64,000 bases of DNA, taken from assembly GCA_002269645.1 (NCBI GenBank), contig NIVC01002061.1:1-64000 (forward strand), in the 5' to 3' direction. This DNA is from Macrostomum lignano. Taxonomy: Eukaryota. Below, one piece after another: positions 35,542 through 47,714 of this stretch (its first letter is position 1; the number at the start of each line of letters is the position of its first letter). The position numbers were made by a program, and so were the translations under genes. The notes below the pieces were generated by a model. That model searched no databases, was not told where the DNA came from, and saw only the letters and a program-made list of their open reading frames with translations.

Positions 35542-37464
35542 TCATTGAGTCTGCTGGTAGGGCAAAATGCATGCCTTCCTAAACATTCTGGAGAGGGGAA
35601 CAGTGAGCAACTTAGATGAGAGTCCAGAAACACAATAGACATGTATCTTACGGGAATCAAATGGGTAATCATATGCACTGGAGTACTTCTTATAGCGCTT
35701 GCAAACAACTTCATAGGAGCTTCCAGAAGTAAGAAAGTGGCAAATCTGGTAGCAGCAGTATTCACGGTCAAAAAAGTGACAGTCATTGATGTTTGAGGAA
35801 AAGCGAATACCATTTATAATGCAGCAGGAGAACCTACTCACTCCTATGGGCAGGTGGGCATCTGCCAAAAGAAACTTAAAGACTACTGCCTCAGTGCAAA
35901 GAGCCTCAACCCTTGCTTCATATACGGCAAGTTCCCGAATTCTATTAACACATTGAATAAGCGGAAGGCGACTGCCTCGAACACACTTTTTTAGTGTCTG
36001 CATAAAATTCTCGAAAGTAAATGCACTAAAATTGTCAAGACAGCCATACCGTAAGCAATCATTTGCCAAGTGGGACAATGAATGTACATTATAGACCAAC
36101 ATATGAGATCCATAAGTGGTCTTACAATCACTGATGAAATGATTAAGGAGCTGACTGGCATACTGTATTAAAACTACATTGGAAAGGGGATCACATAAAA
36201 TAAAAATAGCAGAATGCAACAGTAGAAAGTTCTTGAGGATCCTTCGGCTTATTCCCCTAGTATTGTTCATTACAGTAACACCACTGTACAGCAAAAATGA
36301 GCGAAATTCAGTTGCCTTCCAGAACTTCAAGCAGCTTAAAGACCGTGGCTTCCTTGCAAACTCTGTTGGAAAATAGTTTCGAAGGCTGCATAGATTCTCG
36401 GAAAGACAGTCTACTAGCCGATGGCCAAATCGAGTAGCCAGTGGTCCCTGAATCCAGTAGAGGAAGAGCCGGCGCATGACTCCAAGCAGAACTAAGTGCA
36501 TATAGTCATAGGGGAATGCATGCACCATGTCTATTGGCAGTTCTTCAAAGGGGCTTGGGTGGTCCCCTATGTGGTGATTTGGGTCATGCTTCTCTCGAAA
36601 GGAGGCATCAGTCCTTGATGGGCAATTGAGCTCATCAAACACTACCTGCTGATGGTACTCCCCATGAATGGTACATTTGTCACAGGATGAGTAACCACTA
36701 TGGCCCTTGATGCACTTGATCAATGCCCTTGCTGGACGGTCTGCAATGACTTTCTCTAGAACTACTTGGTCCTTGAGATCTTGAAGTTCAGCCACCAAAT
36801 CCTTCAGAAATCCACAAACTTCTGGTTTGTTGACTCCAAAAAACAAAGCAATCACAAATGGACATGATTGTGGAAATGAACCAAGAATAGGCCAGAAGCC
36901 TTCATTTTTGCTTTTGAAGATAGGCAGGCCATCAATGCCAATTGATAGCTTGAGGGGAGCTTCAAGCTGAGTGTCTTTAGGCAAGTTACTTCGAATTCCC
37001 AGGTATACAAACTCCCCAGACGAAAGTGGAGCTGTTGCAGTTTTCCTTGGTGTTTGCAACAAAGTACGTGCAGATAGTGGTAGTTGTGGAAAGGCCCTAT
37101 GTAGTAGGTGAAGCAGACTATCTAGTGCTGCAGCTGAGACCCTAAATTTGAGTGCCCATTCAGCTAAACTTTGTTCAATTGTTGGTCCATCCATCTCAGC
37201 TTCACTATCATCATCTGTCTCCTCTGGTGCAAATTCATCCTCAATGGCCCACTCCTCCTCAAGTTGCAAATTGTGCTCTTGCCCAGCCTCTCCCTCAGCA
37301 GATAAAGTATAAGCAGCTTCTTCATTGGCAGATCCTTGGCCATTATCTGCTTCTTCTTCACCATGCAGAGAATCACTTGGCAGGGCAGCTATTTCATCAA
37401 GCATACTAGCAAATCTCTTGTGTGCAGCTCGACGAACACTACGTGCACTTTGTTTATTGTCCAT
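35542..37464 (-). CDS. EnSpm/CACTA-type (CMC) DDE transposase, 640 aa, uninterrupted
   Basis: Motifs IGIDGLPIFKS...FWPILG, VIADRPARA...KGHSGYSSCDKC, RTDASF, DYMHLVLLGV, PRSL...WKATEFR.FLLY, YNVHSL.H, FSAFTFEN. First ATG at 37464 (MDNKQ). Confidence 0.9.
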   Translation of the reverse strand: MDNKQSARSVRRAAHKRFASMLDEIAALPSDSLHGEEEADNGQGSANEEAAYTLSAEGEAGQEHNLQLEEEWAIEDEFAPEETDDDSEAEMDGPTIEQSLAEWALKFRVSAAALDSLLHLLHRAFPQLPLSARTLLQTPRKTATAPLSSGEFVYLGIRSNLPKDTQLEAPLKLSIGIDGLPIFKSKNEGFWPILGSFPQSCPFVIALFFGVNKPEVCGFLKDLVAELQDLKDQVVLEKVIADRPARALIKCIKGHSGYSSCDKCTIHGEYHQQVVFDELNCPSRTDASFREKHDPNHHIGDHPSPFEELPIDMVHAFPYDYMHLVLLGVMRRLFLYWIQGPLATRFGHRLVDCLSENLCSLRNYFPTEFARKPRSLSCLKFWKATEFRSFLLYSGVTVMNNTRGISRRILKNFLLLHSAIFILCDPLSNVVLIQYASQLLNHFISDCKTTYGSHMLVYNVHSLSHLANDCLRYGCLDNFSAFTFENFMQTLKKCVRGSRLPLIQCVNRIRELAVYEARVEALCTEAVVFKFLLADAHLPIGVSRFSCCIINGIRFSSNINDCHFFDREYCCYQICHFLTSGSSYEVVCKRYKKYSSAYDYPFDSRKIHVYCVSGLSSKLLTVPLSRMFRKACILPYQQTQ

Positions 37465-38968
37465 TGTCTTGGAAATGTAGGAAAGGATCAATATTAGTAG
37501 GTTGGATAGCAGTTCTAAAATACATTTTTTTGTTAAACTGATCTATATAATATATTATAGTTCCATATAAAATAAATAGTTCCATTTTATATTGGTTCAT
37601 GAATTTGTAACTAGTCTAGATAGAGGTCTTTTGATATGGAGAGTTCAAATATAATGCATCTATTTTTACTACAAAAAATAACTAGGATAATCCTAATATC
37701 AATTCTAAGGACCATAGCTATAACCTATATAGGGAACAGGGTGTTTAGATAGGTAGAAGTGTAATATATAGTATTAATATAGTACTTGTCTTTAATAGAA
37801 GCCCACTTTTCTATTTAAGATCAATAGCTACTATAAAATTTATTGCAAATTGAGATCTAGTCAAACTTAGTTTTGAAATGACTAAGCTTAGCCCTAGGAG
37901 GGTAGCTAACCTAAATATTAAAAACCATGGCATAGGAAATGGCTAAGTCAAAAATTATAGATAAGGAAAATGACAATAACTATATAGCTATATATAGTAT
38001 AAACTATTAGCTACCTACATTGTAACTGATCTTTAATACAGACTTGCTTTGTTATTCAATTTCAAGATCAATTGCTAGGCTATTATATTCTATAAAATAA
38101 GTTTCTAATTAGCATTCAGGAAGTAAAACTCAAAGTCTAAAATAAGTTAACCTTAATACCTAGGACCCCAGACTCCAGATAGTATACATGTATGCCGGAA
38201 TTTTCTGGCATATAGAGGGACCTAGATTACACATTAGCATACAACTTGGCATACAAAGGGGCCTGGCATGCCCTCTTAGTGTACAGCTTAGCATATAGAG
38301 ACTGCTGAGACCAGTAGCTGGGACCAAAAGTTCCGAGTCCCAACAATAAATCTAGATAATTAGCATACAAAAATGATTAAGTTTGTATTTGGCATAGTCT
38401 CCATGTACATAGTTACAGTAGCTAAATTTTGATCAGAAATAGTGGGCCTTTTATGAAAAAAATGGAAAAATAAATAAATAAACTGGGTTTAACTTTTCCA
38501 AGAAAGTAAAAATAAAACAAAAATAGTTAAAATAAACTAGTTCTCTACAGTTTAGTAAAAGGATTTTCAGTTATAACATATAAGTTGTTTGAATATTTAA
38601 ATTTTGCAAGCTTTTAGTATTAGTTATAATTTGTAATTTTTTTGGCATATTTTTGTATGCAATAAAAAGTTTGTTGGTGTACATTGGCATGCATGAGCTA
38701 CAGAAACAATTCTTGTCTTGGCATATAGCAGTACATGATCTTGACCCTAGCTAGGACCATGGGGAATGTGGGTTTTGGTTGGAAAGGCCCATCACTTTAC
38801 TTTTTATTCAAGAAAATCAATATTACTATCAATAGCTAGGTATAAAAAATTTCCACTTGTCAAAAATTCTCCAAAATCTACTAAATATCTTACATTAATA
38901 ATATTGACATTTGACATAAACAGTTTATTAAGATTTGGACATTAGCAAGTAAAATATTTGATCTTTAT

Positions 38969-39525
38969 CCATAGTGTAAATCATATAGTGCATGCGAGAA
39001 TTTTCCCGCGTGCATTTTCAAAAGTGGCGTGCACCGGCGTGCAATTAGGTAAGTGGCGTGCATTTGGCTTGCATAATGCACACTACATAAATACACTGGC
39101 GTGCCTGGCGTGCGCCGTGTGCCGCGTGCCTGGCACCTGATGTGGCAAAGCTACCAATGCAATGGTAAGCAGACATAAAATACGTATTATTGTATTTAAC
39201 TTTTGAAAAAAACTATCAATTGTAAATAAACAATGTATAAGACTGTTAATAAATTAATGTATGAGAAATATACGTTTTTAAAGATATATCATTTCTTTTG
39301 TACATCGTTTGTTGCTTTGTTTTACACAATGAAATTCAACATACATTTTTTGTCTTAAATTTGAATTTGAATTTATTGTTGTCCTAATGGGCGTGGAATT
39401 TGTCCTAGTAGCGCGTGCATTGGCGTGTATCGGCGTGCATTCGCTTGTCGTCGGCGTGCTTTTGGGAATCAGCTTTAGGAGTTTAGGTCATTTCTCGCGT
39501 GCACTTAGCATGATCCACACTATGG
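38969..39525. mobile_element. 557-bp MITE (family 3) nested in the EnSpm element; TIR CCATAGTGT..., 8-bp TSD ATCTTTAT
   Basis: TSD at 38961-38968 and 39526-39533; ~35-bp imperfect TIRs; internal ggcgtgca subterminal repeats. Confidence 0.85.
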
Positions 39526-39970
39526 ATCTTTATGAAGTCCACAAAAGCTATCTTTTACTTGTTGAATATAGGCTGTAGCTAACTTAGCTAAATATTTAGA
39601 ATTTTCCAAATGAAAACCTAATCAATTGCAAAGATCATGTTGAAATGAAATAAACAATGAAGGAAATTTAAGTTAGGCCCTAATCAACTATATTGGCAGT
39701 TGGCACTGATGACATCAGTGCTGTTATAATATAATTAACTTAGGGTTGCAATAAACTCACTTTTTGCAAAATTCTGACAGCAAAATCATGTGCAGAGAGA
39801 TTTACATTAACCTTAGGCCTAACCTAGGCTAACCTTAACCTAGGTATTAAGGTTAAAACTACTAGGCTTAGCAGTCACTGTGAATCATTATTTCAATAAA
39901 TTTATAATTTTAATTCAGCAATGAATTTCAAATTCTATAATTATTAATTATAACAGCATAATTATAATTA

Positions 39971-40062
39971 TGAATTATAACTATTACTGAATTTACTGGA
40001 CTTAGGGCCTAAGTCTGGATTAAGGGCCTAAGTCCAGTAAATTCAGTAATAGTTATAATTCA
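39971..40062. repeat. Perfect 36-bp inverted repeat with 20-bp spacer inside the EnSpm element
   Basis: tgaattataactattactgaatttactggacttagg (39971-40006) is the exact reverse complement of 40027-40062. Confidence 0.92.
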
Positions 40063-41066
40063 GTTCAGTACTAGTTATAATTTCTCTAAAAGAGCCAAAA
40101 TGCATTTGAATTCTAAAAATGTAATTAAAAGTATGCGTCTACCAACACTTCGAAATGCAAAATTGGCATCTGGATGAGCAAGAGAAAAATCTCTAAAAAT
40201 GAAGTGCCAAAAACACAGTTTGGCAAAATAAAACTCTGACCACTGGAGTACTCTTACTATCTACCACTATTTACCACAGTTTTTTGTTTCACAAAAAATC
40301 TTGAGCGTAAGACATGTATAAAATATGTTAAAGGAACATGAGATGATAATCTGTCTTACTTATTATATAACTGCGCTAGCTAAGTCGTGTGCAGCGTCAT
40401 TTTTAAAAGAGCATACATTTATTGCGTATTTTATCAAAGTAATGAATGAATTTTGCAGTCAGATACACAAAGCAGGACAAGACAACTAACAAACATATAT
40501 TTTACTTCCATATATTAAAACTACAAATTTACCTTGATATACATCTTATTTGAATCAAAGTTTCAAAATTAACTTGAAAACAGTGCCAGGCCAATCGCTA
40601 AAATATCGCGCTGCGATGCACGAACTTGTTTATAATGTACGGTACGATAGACTAAAAAATAATGCTAAAACTGAAGAGTGTCACTCACTTTCAACCCACC
40701 ATTCACAAAGGGATCTTAAATTGCAAATTTATGCGTCAAGTGGGCTAAAAACATGTGAATTAGGCATGGATCGAATTCCAAACGTTGTTCCATCGCTCGG
40801 CGATGGTGCAATTATCGCCAAGGCATCGAAACTCGAGGTTTCGGCGATTTCACGAGAATGCGCGCAAGATGGGCCAATATAGGTTTGAACTTTGTTTTAG
40901 TGCCTTTTAGACATATAATAGGACTTAAGAGGCAATTTCTTATCGTATTGATTTATCGCCGATCGATATCGCTTAGATATTGCTTAGATATCGCCAGGCG
41001 AGATATCGCCTAATATTGCCACGCGATGGGGACGCAAGCCTTTGGCGAGATTCTTGGTTACGTGGG

Positions 41067-41233
41067 TCATGCTTGAAGTCCATCTGACACTCATGCTTGA
41101 AGTCCATCTGACACTCATGCTTGAAGTCCATCTGACACTCATGCTTGAAGTCCATCTGACAGTCATGCTTGAAGTCCATCTGACACTCATTCTTGAAGTC
41201 CATCTGACACTCATGCTTGAAGTCCATCTGACA
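41067..41233. repeat. 24-bp minisatellite, right part (continuation of 30894-31707)
   Basis: Same unit resumes in register after the TC TSD. Confidence 0.95.
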
Positions 41234-41814
41234 CAGCGGATCATTAGTAGGTTGTGTCCATAGAAATCATTTTAAAAAATCCCTGCTTTATTAAAGAAAC
41301 TCGTTTAGCGAGACGAACACAGAGCTCCATTGAACAGAAACTAAATCCAAGTGAATGGTTCTAACGCACCAATCAATACAAAGCCACTATTACTAATGAA
41401 TTAAATTCACAAAATGCTGCAATTTTCACACAATGGATAGTTAGACAGACATCCATAACAAGTAAGTACTACAATGTGGCTACATGTAAACCATGCACCC
41501 CTGCACTTGCAACCTTATCTGGCATCCCCCGCACCGTATCGAGTGACCAATTATCACAACTGCTAGAAAGGAAAATCAAAAGCAGTCAATAAAAACTGAC
41601 AGAGTGAAGAGTGAGAAACTGACAGAGGGCAGAGTGAAGGGAGAAAGTTCCTTTTTAAAAAGAGTTCCTTTTTAAAAAGATATTACAATAATTTATACTA
41701 CTTAAGAAACTAGTAGTAGTGCCTAGTGTTTTATATTGAATATACCTGCCATAATTATTATATGTAAGTATAGTCCTGGCTGAAAGACTTCATCGCTAAC
41801 TAGTGGATGGAATG

Positions 41815-42400
41815 AATGCAAGGGGCAGAGTGAAGGGAGAAGGGGGTAGAGTGAAGGGAGAAGGGGGTAGAGTGAAGGGAGAAGGGGGTAGAGTGAAGGG
41901 AGAAGGGGGCAGAGTGAAGGGAGAAGGGGGTAGAGTGAAGGAAGAAGGGGGTAGAGTGAAGGGAGAAGGGGGTAGAGTGAAGGGAGAAGGGGGTAGAGTG
42001 AAGGGAGAAAGGGGGCAGATTGAAGGGAGAAAGGGGTAGAGTGAAGGGAGAAAGGGGCAGATTGAAGGGAGAAGGGGGCAGAGTGAAGGGAGAAGGGGGC
42101 AGAGTGAAGAGAGAAGGGGCAGATTGAAGGGAGAAGGGGGCAGATTGAAGGGAGAAGGGGGCAGATTGAAGGGAGAAGGGGGCAGATTGAAGGGAGAAGG
42201 GGGCAGAGTGAAGGGAGAAGGGGGCAGAGTGAAGGGAGAAGGGGGCAGATTGAAGGGAGAAGGGGGCAGAGTGAAGGGAGAAGGGGGCAGATTGAAGGGA
42301 GAAGGGGGCAGAGTGAAGGGAGAAGGGGCAGAGTGAAGGGAGAAGGGGCAGAGTGAAGGGAGAAGGGGGCAGATTGAAGGGAGAAGGGGGCAGAGTGAAA
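41815..42400. repeat. 21-bp polypurine minisatellite (gagtgaagggagaagggggca)
   Basis: Direct reading. Confidence 0.94.
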
Positions 42401-42659
42401 GGACTCTCTAGGGGAGAGATGAGAGATCAGTTGATAGATGACAGGGAGAGAAAGATGAGAGAATATGAAAGGAGAGAGGAAAGAAAATGAGAGGGGAGAA
42501 GAGAGCTACAGGGGCGTCGAATGCCACCAGGGATGGGCAGGGGGACATGTGGTTTCCCCTAGTAAAAGCTATGGGGGGACACTCCAATACTTTGTCCTTC
42601 GCCCAACAGCTCTGGCACCTTGTGACCCGTTATGGAAATCAATAATTTTGCTTTAGGGC

Positions 42660-43158
42660 GCCAAAGTGAGTGCCTGTCTGCAGCGCCAAAATGAGTAACT
42701 GACCACGGCGCTAAATGAGTGACTGACTGCGGCGCCAAAATGAGTGACTGACTGCGGCGCAAAAATGAATGCCTGTCAGCGGCGCAATGAGTGCTTGCGG
42801 CGCCATGAGTGCCTTTGGCGCCAAAATGAGTGCCTGCGGCGCCATGAGTGCCTGTGGCGCCAAAATGAGTGCCTGTGGCGCCAAAATGAGTGCCTGTGGC
42901 GCCATGAGTGCCTGTGGCGCCAAAATGAGTGCCTGTGGCGCCAAAATGAGTGCCTGTGGCGCCATGAGTGCCTGTGGCGCCAAAATGAGTGCCTGTGGCG
43001 CCATGAGTGCCTGTGGCGCCAAAATGAGTGCCTGTGGCGCCAAAATGAGTGCCTGTGGCGCCAAAATGAGTGCCTGTGGCGCCAAAATGAGTGCCTGTGG
43101 CGCCAAAATGAGTGCCTGTGGCGCCAAAATGAGTGCCTGTGGCGCCAAAATGAGTGCC
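42660..43158. repeat. 21/18-bp minisatellite (tgagtgcctgtggcgccaaaa / tgagtgcctgtggcgcca)
   Basis: Direct reading; the reverse complement matches the array at 61785-64000. Confidence 0.94.
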
Positions 43159-43934
43159 CACCACAGAACAAAAATTGTTATTGCTTCTGATGGAAGGCAG
43201 ACCCAGTGTTTACCTTTTGATACGCATCTAAACAGAAAATTTTCATGCTGTTTGCTTTTTCAAAGCAAATGAGATCAAAGCAATACACTGATTCCTCATA
43301 AACTGCAATTCTCAAAACACAAGGGAAGTTACATACTTATTATTTGAACACAAGGCTTCAACATTAGAGCCAAAATCATTGCATTTTGTATTTAGATTAG
43401 AAAAACTTCCACGAAACTCGCCCTTTCACACAGATGACAAAAATTAAAATTTACACAACGAATATAAATTTGACGTTGATTAAATTAACACGATAAGATA
43501 GAGGTGGTTTATAATAAAAGCCAGCCTAACCTTGCTTTGATATTTTTACTATGAATTCTTACTAAAAGTTGAATAACATATAGGACTACGCTAAATATTA
43601 ATTAGAAAACTACACACTATAAAAAGATACATAACATACTACTACGGATCAGTAGTACCAACTGTTTAGACTGGTGGTCTTTGCACGAATTTATATTGAA
43701 ACGAGAGTCGGAGTTCGAACTGCGAAGTTAAGTTGGTTACGATGGCGACAGGAGGCCAGGACACATCCGGCAGTTAAAACGTGATGTAAAACAGCTTAGG
43801 ACAGTGCAGACTTACAGCTACAGACCCATGAAGGACAGACAACAGTCAGCAAGCTATTCGGAATAATGGGGCCACAACAAACAGGGTCAAACTGCGGGTT
43901 TTTTATTGTAATTCCATTCTCCATCAAGCCAGGA

Positions 43935-44579
43935 TCACTGGCCGCCGTTGGCTCCATCCTCGCTATTGGCAGCTGGGGAGCGCGAGCGGGACCGCGAGCC
44001 GGACCGAGAGCGCGAGCCGGAGGCCGAGCGGGACTTCGAGCGGGACTTATTAGAGGCCGAGCGGGACCGAGACCGGGACGGCGAGCGCGACTTGTCAGCC
44101 GAGCGGGACTTGGATTTGGCCGCCCCTTTGGCGGGCAGCGGGGATCGGGATCGCGAGCGGGACGCGGACCGGGACCTGGAGCGGGATCGCGAGCGGGACT
44201 TCGAGCGGGCGCCACCTCCGCCATTTCTGCCGGGATTGTCCGGCGAGTCGCGTTTGCGCGACCGTTTCGGCGAGGGCGACGAATCGTCGCGACGCCTGCG
44301 GGCCGGCGGCGGCGAGCGGGACCTCGAGCGGGACACCGATCGGGATCGAGAGCGGCGCGGCGGACGACGGTCGCGGCTGCGCGAGCGGGACCTGGACCGG
44401 GACCGGGAGCGGCCGGAGTCAGCGCTCACCTGCAGCCGCTTGCCGTGCCACTCGTAGCCGTCGTATTTCTCGATTGCCCGCTTCATGTCCGAGCGACTGT
44501 CGAATTCCACGATGCCTTCGCCGCGGTTGGGCCGGTGGGCGTCCGTGTACATCACCTCGCCAGCGCGGCGCATCAGGTC
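43935..44579 (-). CDS. SRSF6: SR splicing factor (SRSF4/5/6, B52-like), exon 2: rest of RRM2 and RS domain
   Basis: Acceptor ccgccag|GAC; DLMRRAGEVMYTDAHR...GIVEF...DMKRAIEK.DG.E..G.RL followed by long RS repeats; stop at 43935. The exact paralogue (4/5/6) is not resolved. Confidence 0.9.
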   Translation of the reverse strand, partial: DLMRRAGEVMYTDAHRPNRGEGIVEFDSRSDMKRAIEKYDGYEWHGKRLQVSADSGRSRSRSRSRSRSRDRRPPRRSRSRSVSRSRSRSPPPARRRRDDSSPSPKRSRKRDSPDNPGRNGGGGARSKSRSRSRSRSRSASRSRSRSPLPAKGAAKSKSRSADKSRSPSRSRSRSASNKSRSKSRSASGSRSRSGSRSRSRSPAANSEDGANGGQ

Positions 44580-44911
44580 CTGGCGGAGCACAGGGAAGAG
44601 GGAAAAGTAGAAGTTGATCGAGTCTAGATAGCGAATGTTTTCTAAGACTGATTACAGTAAACTGGAGAAACTGACATTAGGCTAAGGAGGGACACCCAGG
44701 CCAAGAAGCTGTAGAGATCTCCAAACATGGTAGCCTACTAGAAGTAGTAAGATAAAATTATGAATACAAATAAAAAAATAGCTGTGTCATATTCTATTTT
44801 TAGTAATACCAGTAATATCACGCAAACAGCGAGTGACTCTGCTATTGTTCGAAAAACCGGTTCTCGACATCTATTTTTAGAACTTCCAAATATGGTAAAT
44901 GTTAACCTGAA

Positions 44912-45786
44912 TGTAACCCAAGTCTCACCCCTTTCTATTCAAAAACCTCACCTGTCAAATAATAAAATTCCTTTCGTGAACTCATCAAAAAACCGGTTTT
45001 GAGCTCAAGGTCGACTCAAGGCCGACAAATTGTGTATAAATACAAACGCAAAATCCGAGCTGAAATCTCAGACTCGGAGCAGCCTCCAAAGATCTTGGGC
45101 TTTGCTAGAGCAGCCAACGAGGCTATATCTCTGAGGAAGAGATAAACACCAATTGGTAAGCTTTGTTCAAGTCTTCGCTATTTTGATTATTGAGAGCGAT
45201 TGTTATTGCCGGCCGTTACTGTTCAGTCGATTTTATTGAGTCTATTGAGTTTGAGGCCTCCCATTTTCCTAAGGGATTGGATAGGATCTGCGGACCGATT
45301 CCGATACCCTTAGAGGATTATCGAGTTCTTGATTTTGGATTATCCCAGATTAACCGATAGGAGCACACGACTCCGATTCCGTTAGTTCTTAGAAGAAGAC
45401 GCCCTTTCTGGAGGACCTCGTATTGTTATAGAATTGATTTTGTTATTAGTGCGCATCGTTGATACTGATTTCTGCACCGAGGAAATACTGCGACGTCGAT
45501 TTAATTGCTACGCTCTCGCTTTCGGCTGATTCTAGACTTCAAGAAGACTACCCCGGGAGGAACAGCTCTACGGAGACCAGCTCTACAGACACGCGCGACA
45601 AAGAAGAGGAGCCCGCAACAGTAAGTGATCACTGATTTTGTTCCCAGGCTCAAGTGTCTGGGAGTGGAGTTTTCGGGTGACTGATCACCTCCCGACCAAA
45701 CTCTTCAAAGCATCCCAGAGTCACTTGCATTGCCCCGGTAAGATGTCACGGTAAAAGTCGCCTGGGTGCCGTTTTTATCGGGTACA
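44912..45786 (+). mobile_element. Possible solo-LTR-like insertion in the SR gene intron
   Basis: TGTAACC...GGTACA ends, internal TATAAAT at ~45035, distinct non-coding composition. No TSD found, so the boundaries are uncertain. Confidence 0.3.
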
Positions 45787-45925
45787 TACTCCTATATCTG
45801 GGACATTCAATAGTCAACTACTATTAGTAGTTGCAGTATGTGCCTTTGCTACCGACTTGACAAACGTACAGTATGGCCCAGAAATACACAAAATTTCAGG
45901 ACCTCCCCCCCCCCCCGTCACTCAC

Positions 45926-46291
45926 CTTCAGGTCCTGCCAGCTGACGCCGGTGCTGAGGTTCTTCACCAGCAGTCGGTGGTTGGTGCGCACAGGCGGCCC
46001 GTAGCGACCGCCGCTGCCGCCGCCGCCGCCGCCGCCACCCCTGGGCCGCCTCGGCGCGCCGTCGGACTTGGCGAACTCCAAGCTGATCCGCTCGCCGCAC
46101 AGGTCGCGGCCACTCAAATTTGCCACGGCGTCCTCCGCGTCGCGCGAAGATTCCAGTTCGACAAAAGCGAACCCGGTGCGCATCACGATTTCAACGCAGC
46201 GACCGTAGCTACGGAAGAAGCGCTCGATGTCGCGTTTGGAGGCCCGGTCGGCTACGCCGCCAAGGAACAGTCGTCGCTGGCCGCGTGGCAT
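45926..46291 (-). CDS. SRSF6: SR splicing factor (SRSF4/5/6-like), exon 1: RRM1, Gly linker, start of RRM2
   Basis: RLFLGG...[10 protein letters not shown]...GFAFVE...DAEDAV..L.G..L.GER...E and the diagnostic SWQDLK|D; donor AAG|gtgagt is phase 0. Joined protein is 336 aa. Confidence 0.92.
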
Positions 46292-46489
46292 GTCGCCGGT
46301 GCTGATTGGCGAGTCTCAAGAGTACAGAGCAGTGCTGTCAGTGAAGAGCCGAGGCCGATGCTAGCTGGAAGTGATCATTTAAGAGAAGGCGGGAGGGGGG
46401 GAACTGGGGGTTAGTCAGATAGCAGCCACAGCTGGTTTCTTTCAATTGGTACAATCCGATTAAATTGAATTAGAGTGATGCAACTAGAT

Positions 46490-47280
46490 TCGAGTCATGA
46501 GAGTAGATCTAAGCCATGAGAGTAGATCTGGGTCACGAGAGTAGATCTGAGTCAAATTAGATTTGAGTTATGAGATTAGATTCGGGTCATGAGACTGAGA
46601 GTAGACTTGAGTTGAGTAGATCTGGGTCATGAGAATAGAGCTGGGTCATGAGAGTGGATGTGAGTCATGAGAGTAGATATGGGTCATGAGAGTAGATCTC
46701 TCATACATATAGGTCATGAAAGTAGATTTGGGTCATGAGAGTAGATCTGGATCATGAGAGTAGATCTGGGTCATGAGAGTAGATGTGAGTCATGAGAGTA
46801 GATGTGAGTCATGAGAGTAGATCTGGGTCATGAGAGTAGATGTGAGTCATGAGAGTAGATGTGAGTCATGAGAGTAGATCTGGGTCATGAGAGTAGATGT
46901 GAGTCATGAGAGTAGATGTGAGTCATGAGAGTAGATCTGGGTTATGAGATTAGATCTGGGTAATGAGAGTAGATGTGAGTCAGAGAGTAGATCTGGGTTA
47001 TGAGATTAGATTGGGTCATGAGAGAAGACTTGAGTCGCGTAGATCTGGGTCATGAGAATAGATCTGGGTCAAGAGAGTAGATCTGGGTAATGAGAATAGA
47101 TCTGAGTCATGAGAGTAGATGTGAGTCATGGGCGGAGATCTGAGTCATGGGCGGAGATCTGAGTCAGGAAAGTAGATTTTAGTTACGAGAGTAGATATGG
47201 ATCATGCGATTAGATTCGAGTGATGAGAGATAGAGATTCAAGTCGTGAGATTAGATTTGATTAATGAGATTAGATTTGTT
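46490..47280. repeat. 19-bp degenerate minisatellite (gagagtagatctgggtcat)
   Basis: Direct reading. Confidence 0.92.
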
Positions 47281-47714
47281 AATACAACTTTGTCTCAAGA
47301 TTCCATTGAGTGAGAATAAGAAGATAAGGATAATACTTCAAGTGATTTAAAGCATAAAATATGTATATAAATGCTACTAAAATGGAACCCACGTTTGTAA
47401 AAAGAACCCAATCGGCATAAACTTCTACATCTTAAAAAAGACACGCATTCGACGTAGAAGATTTTTAAACACTTCGAAGAATCTCTCAGCCACATGCTCA
47501 ACCAATATAGCCTTAAATAAATTATTATAACACCCATGAGACAGAAGACAGTAGACAACTCAAAAGAGACATAGAATGCATCTCAGCCTGATTAGCCTAA
47601 ACAAAATGTATTTACATAAACAAAAATTAAACAAAACGCAAATCTGACTACTTGTAGTAAGGATGATTTGTATGCTGCTCTGCTTGTGTAATAATATCTA
47701 ATAATATCTAATAA

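Larger units (their letters stand above)
31708..41066 (-). mobile_element. Apparently full-length EnSpm/CACTA (CMC superfamily) DNA transposon, 9359 bp
   Basis: TIRs cccacataaccaaaaacctcgcc / ggcgagattcttggttacgtggg; 2-bp TSD TC (31706-31707, 41067-41068) inside a 24-bp unit; clustered subterminal tatcgcc/ggcgata motifs at both ends; encodes transposase and a second gene. CCC termini with a 2-bp TSD are typical of animal EnSpm. Confidence 0.9.

Noticed and set aside
37465-37491. Nine extra N-terminal codons on the transposase
   Set aside because: Starts at a non-ATG codon; first ATG is at 37464.
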